From Candidatus Melainabacteria bacterium RIFCSPHIGHO2_02_FULL_34_12 (GTDB lineage Bacteria > Cyanobacteriota > Vampirovibrionia > 2-02-FULL-35-15), in assembly GCA_001784555.1 (NCBI GenBank), contig MFRM01000006.1, positions 34,244 through 98,243 on the forward strand: a stretch of 64,000 bases of DNA, given 5' to 3'. Below are positions 49,776 through 58,413 of this stretch, piece by piece. A program made the position numbers and the translations under genes. Numbering within the stretch: position 1 is the stretch's first letter; every line of letters begins with the position of its first letter. The notes below the pieces were generated by a model, which worked only from the letters and a program-made list of their open reading frames with translations, made no database searches and had not been told where the DNA came from.

Positions 49776-50509
49776 CGATAACAATAACAATAATTATTCC
49801 TGCATATAATGAATCACAACGTATTTCAAGAACATTATTTGAAATTGATGCATATATTACTAAAACTTCCTCTCAAAATCAGATTAAAGTAATTACTGTA
49901 GATGATGGCAGCATTGATAATACTGAAAATGTTGTAAAGAACTGGATTAAAGACAGATGTATAAATAAACAATGCTTTGAGACAATAAGTTATTTACCGA
50001 ATCATGGCAAAGGATATGCAGTAAGAGAGGGCTTTTTAAAAGCAGAATCAGATGTGGTTTTATATACTGATGCAGATGGAGCATGTTCCATTAATGAGCT
50101 TGAAAAATTAATGCTTTGGCTGGATAGAGGTTTTGATATTACTTGTGGCTCGAGGATTTTAAAAGATGATATATCCGAGGTTAAAATGAGCTTTAAGCGA
50201 AGATTATCAGGATTAGTTTTCCATTCGATTTTAAAAGTTTTTGGACTTGCAAGTCTTAAAGATACCCAGTGTGGTTTTAAGGCTTTTAAAAAAGAAGTTT
50301 ATAAAAAGCTTGCAAATATGCAAAAGTGTTTTAATTATTCTTTTGATATTGAATATTTATTTCTTGCAATGAAAATGGGCTATAAAATAAAAGAAGTCCC
50401 GGTAAACTGGTATCATGTAGAAGGCTCAAAAGTTAGTCTTGTAAGAGATTCAATAAAGATGCTTATTGAAGTGCTAAAAATTAGATTTGTGTATAAGTAT
50501 AATGTTTAA
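49772..50509 (+). CDS. GT2 polyprenyl-phosphate sugar synthase (DPM1/CsbB-like)
   Basis: ITIIIPAYNESQRI...ITVDDGSIDNT GT-A N-terminus. 245 aa. Immediately upstream of a YfhO-family gene. Confidence 0.7.
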   Translation: MTITITIIIPAYNESQRISRTLFEIDAYITKTSSQNQIKVITVDDGSIDNTENVVKNWIKDRCINKQCFETISYLPNHGKGYAVREGFLKAESDVVLYTDADGACSINELEKLMLWLDRGFDITCGSRILKDDISEVKMSFKRRLSGLVFHSILKVFGLASLKDTQCGFKAFKKEVYKKLANMQKCFNYSFDIEYLFLAMKMGYKIKEVPVNWYHVEGSKVSLVRDSIKMLIEVLKIRFVYKYNV

Positions 50510-50526
50510 AATAAAGGATTTATTAC

Positions 50527-52368
50527 ATGTCTGATTCATCACATCCAACTCAAGAAACTAAAACATATCATTTTCTCGGGACCAGAACCGAGAGGGTAGT
50601 ATTTTTAATTTTATTGACAATGATATCGGCAGGTCCCATTATTTTCGGGAAAAGTATACCCAGCCACGCTGACTGGCATATTCATATTGAGCATGCTTAC
50701 AATTTTAAAAAATGTTTCTGGCAGGAACAGTGGTTACCCAGATGGCTTGATGCACAGGTAAACGGTTATGGATTGCCTATTTTTAATTATTATGCTCCTC
50801 TTGTCTACTATCTTTTTGGTTTCCTGGAATTAATTTTTAGAAATCCAGTTTTATCAATTAAATGGACATTTGTAATTCCAATGATCCTCTGCACTATTTT
50901 TGGTTATTTATATCTCAGAAAACACGGCTCTGCACTTGCTTCAGCAATTGCAATGAGCCTTATTATTTTTTCACCTGCCATTCATATATTTATTTACAAC
51001 ACCAATTGGCCTACCAGTACCTTAGCTTTAGCTTTTTTGTTTATTGTATTATATGCAATTGATGGTTTTAACAGAAATAAGGAATTTGATTTAAAATCAT
51101 TCCTTTTATTATCCATAGGTTATGCAGCCATGGCTATCACTCACCTTGCCACTGCGTTTCTTTTTACTTTAATGGCTGTTCCTTATTTTATATTAAGCTT
51201 AAATATTTACAGAACAAAAAGATTTGTAAAATTCTTTTTTTCAAGCATGTTAATGGGAGGCTGTCTTGCTGGCTTTTATTTATTTCCTGCATGCCTTGAA
51301 AAAAACCTTGTGCATACTGATGAAGTCCTCACACAGGCACCGCTTTGGGATTATTCAAAAAACTTTCTTTTTACTTATTTAGACAGACACAGAGATGACG
51401 GATATGCCTGGGCTATTTTTGATCACAGATATTATGAAGTTAGCAATGCTTTGTTTGGTTTGATTGTAATGGCATTTATGATGGTGCTTCTTTTCAATGT
51501 GGATAGAATAAAACAGTATTTTGATGAACCGTTTCGCATTACCTCAGCTATAACAATGTTTTCAATTTCTTTTTTAATGATGACTCCGGTCTCTATATTT
51601 GTCTGGATAATGATTAAACCTATGCAGACTATCCAGTTTCCATGGAGATTTACTTCTTTTGTATTGCCTTTTGGAACTATTATTGTTGTCTATGCGCTGG
51701 ATTTAATCGGTAAATTAATGAAAGAAAAAGTTTCTATTGGCGGATATAAGTTTTTGTTTTATTGTTTAGCGCTTGTTTTTTCTCTTTTGGTTTATGTCGA
51801 TGTAGTAAACATGTACAGGTGGAAGTGGGTTCCAGAACAAAGTTTACTTAAAGCTGCAATATATGTTTTATGGGGCAATGAAGAATACAGACCGAATATT
51901 ACAGGTGATCCGAACTGGAAACAAATAAATTTTAAAAGTGATTTCAGTCCGTCAATTGCTTCTTCAAATCCTGCTGCTGATATTGCCCCAATAAAATGGC
52001 TGTCACATGAAAGAATATTTCAGGTGTTTTCTCCTGAGCAACATCAAATCAGACTCAGAACTTTTTATTTTCCAGGATGGAATGTTTATGTTGACGGAAA
52101 CAAAGTTGATTTAAGCATGGATCCTAAATATGGTTCTATAGTGGTTCAGGTCCCGGCAGGAAAACATAAACTTGTCGCGAAGTTTGAACTGACCCCTCTT
52201 AGAAAATCATCAGCATATGTCAGCCTTGCAGCTCTTCTAATCTATGCTGTTATGTTATTAAATTTGTTTAAGGAAAAAAATTTGAAATCTGAAAATAAAA
52301 CTAAAAATTCTGATGAAGAAAAAGAATCCATAAATGAAAATAAAACTGTGGAGGCTGGAGTAAATTGA
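50527..52368 (+). CDS. YfhO-family polytopic membrane protein (putative GT-C glycosyltransferase), copy 2
   Basis: More than 10 TM helices. C-terminal FYFPGWNVYVDGNKVDLSMDPKYGSIVVQVPAGKHKLVAKFELTP, the YfhO-type terminal beta-sandwich pattern. Confidence 0.5.
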   Translation: MSDSSHPTQETKTYHFLGTRTERVVFLILLTMISAGPIIFGKSIPSHADWHIHIEHAYNFKKCFWQEQWLPRWLDAQVNGYGLPIFNYYAPLVYYLFGFLELIFRNPVLSIKWTFVIPMILCTIFGYLYLRKHGSALASAIAMSLIIFSPAIHIFIYNTNWPTSTLALAFLFIVLYAIDGFNRNKEFDLKSFLLLSIGYAAMAITHLATAFLFTLMAVPYFILSLNIYRTKRFVKFFFSSMLMGGCLAGFYLFPACLEKNLVHTDEVLTQAPLWDYSKNFLFTYLDRHRDDGYAWAIFDHRYYEVSNALFGLIVMAFMMVLLFNVDRIKQYFDEPFRITSAITMFSISFLMMTPVSIFVWIMIKPMQTIQFPWRFTSFVLPFGTIIVVYALDLIGKLMKEKVSIGGYKFLFYCLALVFSLLVYVDVVNMYRWKWVPEQSLLKAAIYVLWGNEEYRPNITGDPNWKQINFKSDFSPSIASSNPAADIAPIKWLSHERIFQVFSPEQHQIRLRTFYFPGWNVYVDGNKVDLSMDPKYGSIVVQVPAGKHKLVAKFELTPLRKSSAYVSLAALLIYAVMLLNLFKEKNLKSENKTKNSDEEKESINENKTVEAGVN

Positions 52369-53342
52369 AAAGCATATTTGTATTAAGTCTTTTATTACTT
52401 ACACTTCCTGTATGGGTACCTGATTTCAGGAAGGATAAAATGACAGTATTTGCATCACTTTCATATTATAAATGTGATTTTGATGCTGATAAAAAAGAGG
52501 ACCTTGCACTATGGCATCCTAAAACAAATACACTGTATTTTCAGCTAACCTCCGATGGTAAATTTTATGAAAAGAAATTCTTTGATGCCGAATTAAATTA
52601 TTCTCCTGTTTTTGCTGATTATGATGGTGATGGCAAAACAGATTTTGCTTTTTATCAGGTCGAAAGCGGACAGTGGATTTTTTATCTTTCAAAAGAAGGT
52701 CTCCAAAAAACTTTTCTTGGCGGGATAAGTGATATTCCTATTCCTACAGATATAAATGGAGATATGATATATAGTCTTTCAATATGGAGACCGAATGCAG
52801 GTTTATGGGTTTTAACAGAAAAAACAAAATCAATTCAAAGTGATGATTCAGAACCTGAAATAATACCTGAAGGTAACTTTCAGGACTCTGCGTTTTCAGG
52901 AGATTATGACGGAGACGGTAAATCTGATTTAATTGTATGGAGACCAGATGATGGATACTGGCATGTAGTTAGATCAAGGACAGGATTTGATTTTGAACAA
53001 AGTGATCACATACAGCATGGAAAAGAATGGGATATCATTGTTCCAAATGACTATGATAATGATGGAAGATGTGATCTTGTATTTTGGAGACCAAGTGAGC
53101 AAACCTGGTACTTTTTATATGCAGGTTCTCAAAATCAAAATCAGATAAAATTTGGAGAAAAAAACGATATTCCTTTATCTGCTGATCTTGATTCTGACGG
53201 TAGTCCTGAGCTGATTACCTGGAATGCAGTAAAAAAATCCTGGAATATATTAAATCTAAAAAAACATGAATCTAATTCTTATAAATGGGATGTGCCTGAA
53301 GGATGTATTCCAGCTGTTTCAATAATACAGAAATATGAATAA
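52365..53342 (+). CDS. Secreted FG-GAP/VCBS-type repeat protein
   Basis: N-terminal hydrophobic signal, then repeats (ADYDGDGKTDFAFY, GDYDGDGKSDLIVW, NDYDNDGRCDLVFW, ADLDSDGSPELITW). Confidence 0.55.
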   Translation: MKSIFVLSLLLLTLPVWVPDFRKDKMTVFASLSYYKCDFDADKKEDLALWHPKTNTLYFQLTSDGKFYEKKFFDAELNYSPVFADYDGDGKTDFAFYQVESGQWIFYLSKEGLQKTFLGGISDIPIPTDINGDMIYSLSIWRPNAGLWVLTEKTKSIQSDDSEPEIIPEGNFQDSAFSGDYDGDGKSDLIVWRPDDGYWHVVRSRTGFDFEQSDHIQHGKEWDIIVPNDYDNDGRCDLVFWRPSEQTWYFLYAGSQNQNQIKFGEKNDIPLSADLDSDGSPELITWNAVKKSWNILNLKKHESNSYKWDVPEGCIPAVSIIQKYE

Positions 53343-55287
53343 ATTACCGTTTTTCCTTTTGTTATTAAGCTTATTATTATGCGGTTGTTCCAATGCTCCG
53401 GATTTTATATCTTTTTCTACTTTAGCAAACAAAAAAATCAATAACTTGGTAGACATTGACGGAGACAGAAAATCAGATCTTATTTTCTGGAATACCACTT
53501 CAATGTCAAGCTCTGACACGTTTCTAGAGGCTTGTTTTTTTGAAATAATTGATTCAGCCAAAGACAAATATTCTAAACATAAAATTGGTGAGATTTCAGA
53601 TATTCCTTTTTCTGGTTATTTTAATGATGATCAAATTGTAGATATTGGGGTTTATAGAACCTATCCTGAGGGAGAAAGTGAGTGGTTTATAAAAAGCGGC
53701 AATAGCGAAGATCACTACAATATAAAACTTGGAAGTGCTGGTGATATTCCTATTCCTTCAGACTATGATGGTGATGGAAAAACAGATATAGTTATATTTA
53801 AACCCACAGTAAAATCTTTTCAGGGAATATTAACCAGCTCTAATGTTCCATTTAAACTAGACTTTAAAGTAGATGGAGATATTCCAGTTACTAAAGATTA
53901 TGACGGCGATGGTGTTTGTGATTTTGCTATATACAATTCAAAAAACGGCAATTGGTTTGTCAAACCATCAGGCAAACGTGATCTTATAAATATTCAGCTT
54001 GGCGGTCCTTATTTCCTTCCTATTCCTTCAGATTATGATGGAGATGGTAAATGTGATTATTGTGCATGGAATTATAATACCGGGGAAATAAAACTTCTGC
54101 TTTCTACTCTAAGTCGTCCGGTTTCAAATGAACTTGCAGAAAAAGTAAGAAAAGCTCTTAAAGGAAAAAATATTATTCCTGTACCGCTTGACTATGATGG
54201 TGACGGAAGGGCTGAACTTGCTTTCTGGGACAGCTCAGTTAAGTCCATTATAAGTTTTGATGTAAATAATGATTTCAGAAAAAAAACAAAGCGCCTAGGA
54301 AAAATCTCAAATTCCCTCCCCATTACGAATTTTTTACTTAACAGGTTTTATTTAAACGGATGGACTGTAAAAAGCCCGGTCATTGTAAATAAAGAAGAAA
54401 TAAAGTTTTTAATTTTAAATAAAGACAAAATCACTTCAATTCAAAAACCAGTTGAATCATTAACAAAACACTTACCCTCTAAATCAGTTAATTTATTCAA
54501 TTTAAATAAAAAAGATAATATTGTTCCATTTGTTTCTGATTTTGACGGAGATTATTCTCTTGACTTTTGTCTCTGGTCTGTGGATACAGGAACATATCTG
54601 TGTAGATCAAGCAGATTAGGCGGGAATTTCGCGCTGCAATTAGGAGTATCATCTGATCTGCCTGCAGTTGGAAATTTTAATTTTGATAATATTTCTGATC
54701 TTGCAGTTTACCGTCAGTCATTAAGAATGTTTATTGTCCGTTATCTGGGGAAATCCATGCCAAAAGAAGAAGAATTAATTAAGCTTAGTGATGATGCAGG
54801 TATAAATTCTTTTCCAATTGCAGGTGATTTTGATGGTGATAAGATAGATGACTTTGCAGTTTTTAATCCGTCAAAAAACATTTTTATAGTGAAAAAATCA
54901 TCCTCCTCTAAAGAAATTAAATATGAAATTTGTTCTCAGAAGAACTGTACAAATAGTCTGATTCCTTTAAGCGGTGATTTTGACGGAGATTTAACAGATG
55001 ATCCGGCAGGTGTAAATATACAGGATAAAAAGTTCATTTTCTATTCAAGCTTAAATGGTGTTTTGCAGGAAAATACTCTTAGTGCTGTAAATGGCAATGT
55101 AGCTTTTACAGCTGACCTGGACGGTGATTTAAAATCAGATATTTTCTTTTATGATCCAAATAACACTAATTTAGGAATCTGTCAGTCAAAGCAAAACTGG
55201 AAATACATGGAAATAAAGTTTACGGATGTTGCTGCCGGTAATTTAAAGAAGGTAAAATTAGTAAACTGTCCCAGATGCAATATCTGA
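53335..55287 (+). CDS. FG-GAP/VCBS-type repeat lipoprotein
   Basis: Lipoprotein-like signal LLLLSLLLCGCSNA. At least 9 repeats (DIDGDRKSDLIFW, SDYDGDGKTDIVIF, KDYDGDGVCDFAIY, SDYDGDGKCDYCAW, LDYDGDGRAELAFW, SDFDGDYSLDFCLW, GDFDGDKIDDFAVF, GDFDGDLTDDPAG, ADLDGDLKSDIFFY). Confidence 0.6.
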   Translation: MNKLPFFLLLLSLLLCGCSNAPDFISFSTLANKKINNLVDIDGDRKSDLIFWNTTSMSSSDTFLEACFFEIIDSAKDKYSKHKIGEISDIPFSGYFNDDQIVDIGVYRTYPEGESEWFIKSGNSEDHYNIKLGSAGDIPIPSDYDGDGKTDIVIFKPTVKSFQGILTSSNVPFKLDFKVDGDIPVTKDYDGDGVCDFAIYNSKNGNWFVKPSGKRDLINIQLGGPYFLPIPSDYDGDGKCDYCAWNYNTGEIKLLLSTLSRPVSNELAEKVRKALKGKNIIPVPLDYDGDGRAELAFWDSSVKSIISFDVNNDFRKKTKRLGKISNSLPITNFLLNRFYLNGWTVKSPVIVNKEEIKFLILNKDKITSIQKPVESLTKHLPSKSVNLFNLNKKDNIVPFVSDFDGDYSLDFCLWSVDTGTYLCRSSRLGGNFALQLGVSSDLPAVGNFNFDNISDLAVYRQSLRMFIVRYLGKSMPKEEELIKLSDDAGINSFPIAGDFDGDKIDDFAVFNPSKNIFIVKKSSSSKEIKYEICSQKNCTNSLIPLSGDFDGDLTDDPAGVNIQDKKFIFYSSLNGVLQENTLSAVNGNVAFTADLDGDLKSDIFFYDPNNTNLGICQSKQNWKYMEIKFTDVAAGNLKKVKLVNCPRCNI

Positions 55288-55308
55288 CTTTAGAAACCAC
55301 CAAACCCT

Positions 55309-55656
55309 ATGAAAATGATAATTGTAATAATCAGGCCTAACCGGCTTTCTGCTGTAAAAGAAGCCCTTACTTCAAATGGTTTTACTGGAATTACTGTAAA
55401 TGCTGTAAAAGGATGTGGAAGCCAGAGAGGCACAGTTGAAAGGTATCGTGGAAGCCAGTATGTGGTGGATCTTCATGACAAACTTGAAATTAAAGTAGTT
55501 GTAAATGATGATTTGCTTGAAAAGGCCACTCAGATAATTATTGAAGCTGCAAAAACCGGAGAATTCGGGGACGGTAAGATATTTGTTTTAAACGTAGAGG
55601 AAGTAATTCGCATAAGAACAGGTGAAAAAGGACAAGCTGCACTGGAGACAAGGTGA
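55309..55656 (+). CDS. glnB: Nitrogen regulatory protein P-II
   Basis: P-II signature I RYRGSQYVVD (T-loop Tyr) and signature II TGEFGDGKIFVLNVEEVIRIRTGE. 115 aa. Confidence 0.85.
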   Translation: MKMIIVIIRPNRLSAVKEALTSNGFTGITVNAVKGCGSQRGTVERYRGSQYVVDLHDKLEIKVVVNDDLLEKATQIIIEAAKTGEFGDGKIFVLNVEEVIRIRTGEKGQAALETR

Positions 55657-55678
55657 GAATGACAGGATTAATCGATAA

Positions 55679-56986
55679 ATGGAAAATATTGCAGAAATAA
55701 GTACTGCTCTAGATACAGCATGGATATTAATTATGGGCTTGCTTGTATTTTTTATGAATACAGGCTTTGCAATGCTTGAAAGTGGTTTTTCCAGGGTAAA
55801 AAACACAGTTAACATGCTTTCAAAAAATGTAACAGTGTTTTTTATATCAGTTCTTGCTTTTTGGTTTATTGGTTTTGCGCTTATGTTTTCTGAAGCAAAT
55901 GGATTTATTGGTATAAATTCTTTCTTAGGATTATTTTTATCGGGTAATAAAGAGTTTTATTCATCTTTAAAACATTTAAACATTCCGCTTGATGCAATCT
56001 TTTTCTTTCAGATGGTTTTTGCTGGCACTGCTGCCACAATTGTTTCTGGGGCGCTTGCTGAGAGAACAAAATTTATTTCCTTTCTTATTTTTACTTTTTT
56101 TATGTCTGCATTAATTTATCCTGTCTCCGGTCACTGGATTCTAGGAAAAGGTTTTTTATATGATCTTGGCGTAAGAGATTTTGCCGGATCGCTTATGGTT
56201 CATACTGTAGGCGGTATGGCTGCACTTGCTGGTGTAATGGTTATGGGTCCTCGAGTTGGGAAATATAATAAAGACCTTACCCCAAATGCAATTTTAGGAC
56301 ATTCCATACCTATGATTACGCTTGGTGGATTTATCTTATGGCTTGGTTGGTTTGGTTTTAAAATGGGATGTACGTTTGGTTTTTCGCCAGAGCTTTGTGC
56401 TCACATTGCGCTCTGTACAAATGCCAGTGGAATCATGGGAGGTCTTGGGGCACTAATTGGCTCGTGGTATTTCCTTAGAAAACCTGATCTTTCAATGGTT
56501 ATTAACGGGCTTTTAGCAGGCCTTGTAGCTAGTACTGCATCATGTGCTTATGTAAGTCTTCCTTCTGCACATTTAATTGGTTTTGTTGCCGGCAGTCTTA
56601 CGGTAATTTCCATTTTATCTTTAGAAAGATTTTTTTACATAGATGATCCTGTGGGTGCAATTTCAGTTCATGGAATAGGTGGTATATGGGGTTCTCTTGC
56701 TCTTGGTTTGTTTAGTGCTAGAGAGCATATAAATTATGCTCATGTTGCATATCCAAAAGCTGGATTGTTTTTTGGCGGAGGTGCTGAACAACTTTTACTT
56801 CAGTTAATTGGGATTCTTGCAGTTGTTGTTTGGTCATTTATAATATCTTTTATCGTCTGGAAAATATTAAAACATACAATAGGAATAAGAGTTTCACAAA
56901 AAGCAGAAGTAGACGGACTGGACTTAGCCGAACATGGAATGGAGGCCTACCCTGGGTTCGTTAGTAGTGGAGATAGTATTATATAA
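55679..56986 (+). CDS. amt: Ammonium transporter (Amt family)
   Basis: 11-TM profile and the Amt signature DFAGSLMVHTVGGMAALAGVMVMGPRVGKY. Confidence 0.9.
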   Translation: MENIAEISTALDTAWILIMGLLVFFMNTGFAMLESGFSRVKNTVNMLSKNVTVFFISVLAFWFIGFALMFSEANGFIGINSFLGLFLSGNKEFYSSLKHLNIPLDAIFFFQMVFAGTAATIVSGALAERTKFISFLIFTFFMSALIYPVSGHWILGKGFLYDLGVRDFAGSLMVHTVGGMAALAGVMVMGPRVGKYNKDLTPNAILGHSIPMITLGGFILWLGWFGFKMGCTFGFSPELCAHIALCTNASGIMGGLGALIGSWYFLRKPDLSMVINGLLAGLVASTASCAYVSLPSAHLIGFVAGSLTVISILSLERFFYIDDPVGAISVHGIGGIWGSLALGLFSAREHINYAHVAYPKAGLFFGGGAEQLLLQLIGILAVVVWSFIISFIVWKILKHTIGIRVSQKAEVDGLDLAEHGMEAYPGFVSSGDSII

Positions 56987-56994
56987 ATCTGTAG

Positions 56995-57026
56995 GGGCTT
57001 GCTGCAGCAAGCCCTTGATTGAAATT
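56995..57026 (+). terminator. Rho-independent terminator after amt: perfect 20-nt palindrome gggcttgctgcagcaagccc followed by ttgattgaaatt
   Basis: Read from the sequence. 9 bp after the amt stop codon. Confidence 0.55.
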
Positions 57027-57031
57027 ACATT

Positions 57032-58003
57032 ATGCAAAAACCCCAAATAAAAATCATCCTTGATGATAATAAAATAAAAAAAGCTTTAAAAATAAAAGAT
57101 GTAATTAAAGTTATTAAAGAAGGTTTTAGAAAAAAAGGTCTTGGACTTGTAAGTTTGCCTCCTAAAACGGGTCCGAAGTTAAATATTGCTGGTGCATTTG
57201 CAGAATCAATGCCAGTGGCGGTGTTTAAAGAAGGCAGGGTTACGCAACCCCACCTTCAAATATTTGGAATAAAATGGCAAAGTGCATATAAAAGTAATCT
57301 GAAAAAGGGTTTGCCGTATTTAAATAATTTAATTATTTTAAATGAACCTAAATCTGGTCTTCCATATGCAATAATTTCAGGGAATTGGATTACAGCTATT
57401 CGTACAGCTGGTGTAAGTGCAGTTTGTGCTAAATACCTGGCACCAAAGAAAAGAGAGCTAATTATAGGGATATTTGGTCTGGGGTTGCAGGCATATGTGC
57501 ATGTTCTGGCATTTAAAGTATTATTTCCAAAAGCCAAGTTTTTTTTATTTCATCACGATTCAAAGAAGTTAAACATTTTCAAGAAGAAATTTCCTAAAGA
57601 AAGATTTTTATCATCAAATAATTTCCATGGAGTAGTAAAAAACTCTGACATTATACTTAGTGCTACTACTTTTCCAAAGAAAATCTCACCTTATATATTC
57701 CCTCAGGATTTAAAGAAAGATGTTTTAATTTTGCCGCTTGAATATGGAAGTAGAATCAGTCCAAATTTATATAAATATGTAGATAAAATATATACTGATG
57801 ATATTGCTCAGTATAAATTAAAAAAGAAAATAAAATATTATTTCCCGTCAAATGCTCCTCGTATAAAAAATGAAATTGGAGATTTAATTGCTAAGAAAAG
57901 AAATAAAAAAACTTCTTCAAAAAGAATTCTTGTGTTTAATTTAGGCATTGCCTTGTTTGACATATTGATTGCAAGAGAAGCTTTATCAAAACTAAAAGGT
58001 TAA
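57032..58003 (+). CDS. Ornithine cyclodeaminase / mu-crystallin family protein
   Basis: NWITAIRTAGVSAVCAKYLAPKK...IIGIFGLGLQAYVHV is the OCD/mu-crystallin NAD-binding core pattern. Confidence 0.65.
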   Translation: MQKPQIKIILDDNKIKKALKIKDVIKVIKEGFRKKGLGLVSLPPKTGPKLNIAGAFAESMPVAVFKEGRVTQPHLQIFGIKWQSAYKSNLKKGLPYLNNLIILNEPKSGLPYAIISGNWITAIRTAGVSAVCAKYLAPKKRELIIGIFGLGLQAYVHVLAFKVLFPKAKFFLFHHDSKKLNIFKKKFPKERFLSSNNFHGVVKNSDIILSATTFPKKISPYIFPQDLKKDVLILPLEYGSRISPNLYKYVDKIYTDDIAQYKLKKKIKYYFPSNAPRIKNEIGDLIAKKRNKKTSSKRILVFNLGIALFDILIAREALSKLKG

Positions 58004-58286
58004 GAGTTAATTTTTCTGTTAATTTGTAATCTTAATATATGTCTCAAAAGGCCCATAAAATCTGAATAAATTAAGCTTTAGAAAATATATTGATTAAGAG
58101 CTTAACCAAATGTGAATTACAAATATAAAAATAAAATAAAGAACTCTATCTTTTGCCATTTTCAGAATGTTAGAATCGAATTGTCTTGAAAATGTATGAG
58201 CCTCTTACATAAATAATTCAATTATTTTAGAAGTTTATAAAAAACGACAAATCAATGGCGATAAGGTCGAAAAAATACAGAAAACA

Positions 58287-58316
58287 TTTTGAGCTTCCTT
58301 CACTGAAAGCTCAAAA
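58287..58316. promoter_or_regulatory. Hairpin ttttgagctt-ccttcactga-aagctcaaaa inside the 410-bp AT-rich leader of the 1564-aa gene
   Basis: 10-bp perfect inverted repeat read from the sequence, about 100 bp upstream of the TTG start. Confidence 0.3.
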
Positions 58317-58413
58317 TAATTGTTTTTGTATTAGCCATTTAAATCATTTCGTATTTAAGAAACTTATTTTAGAAATTTAAAAAAAATACAAGATTATTCA
58401 AAGGAGAATAAGC

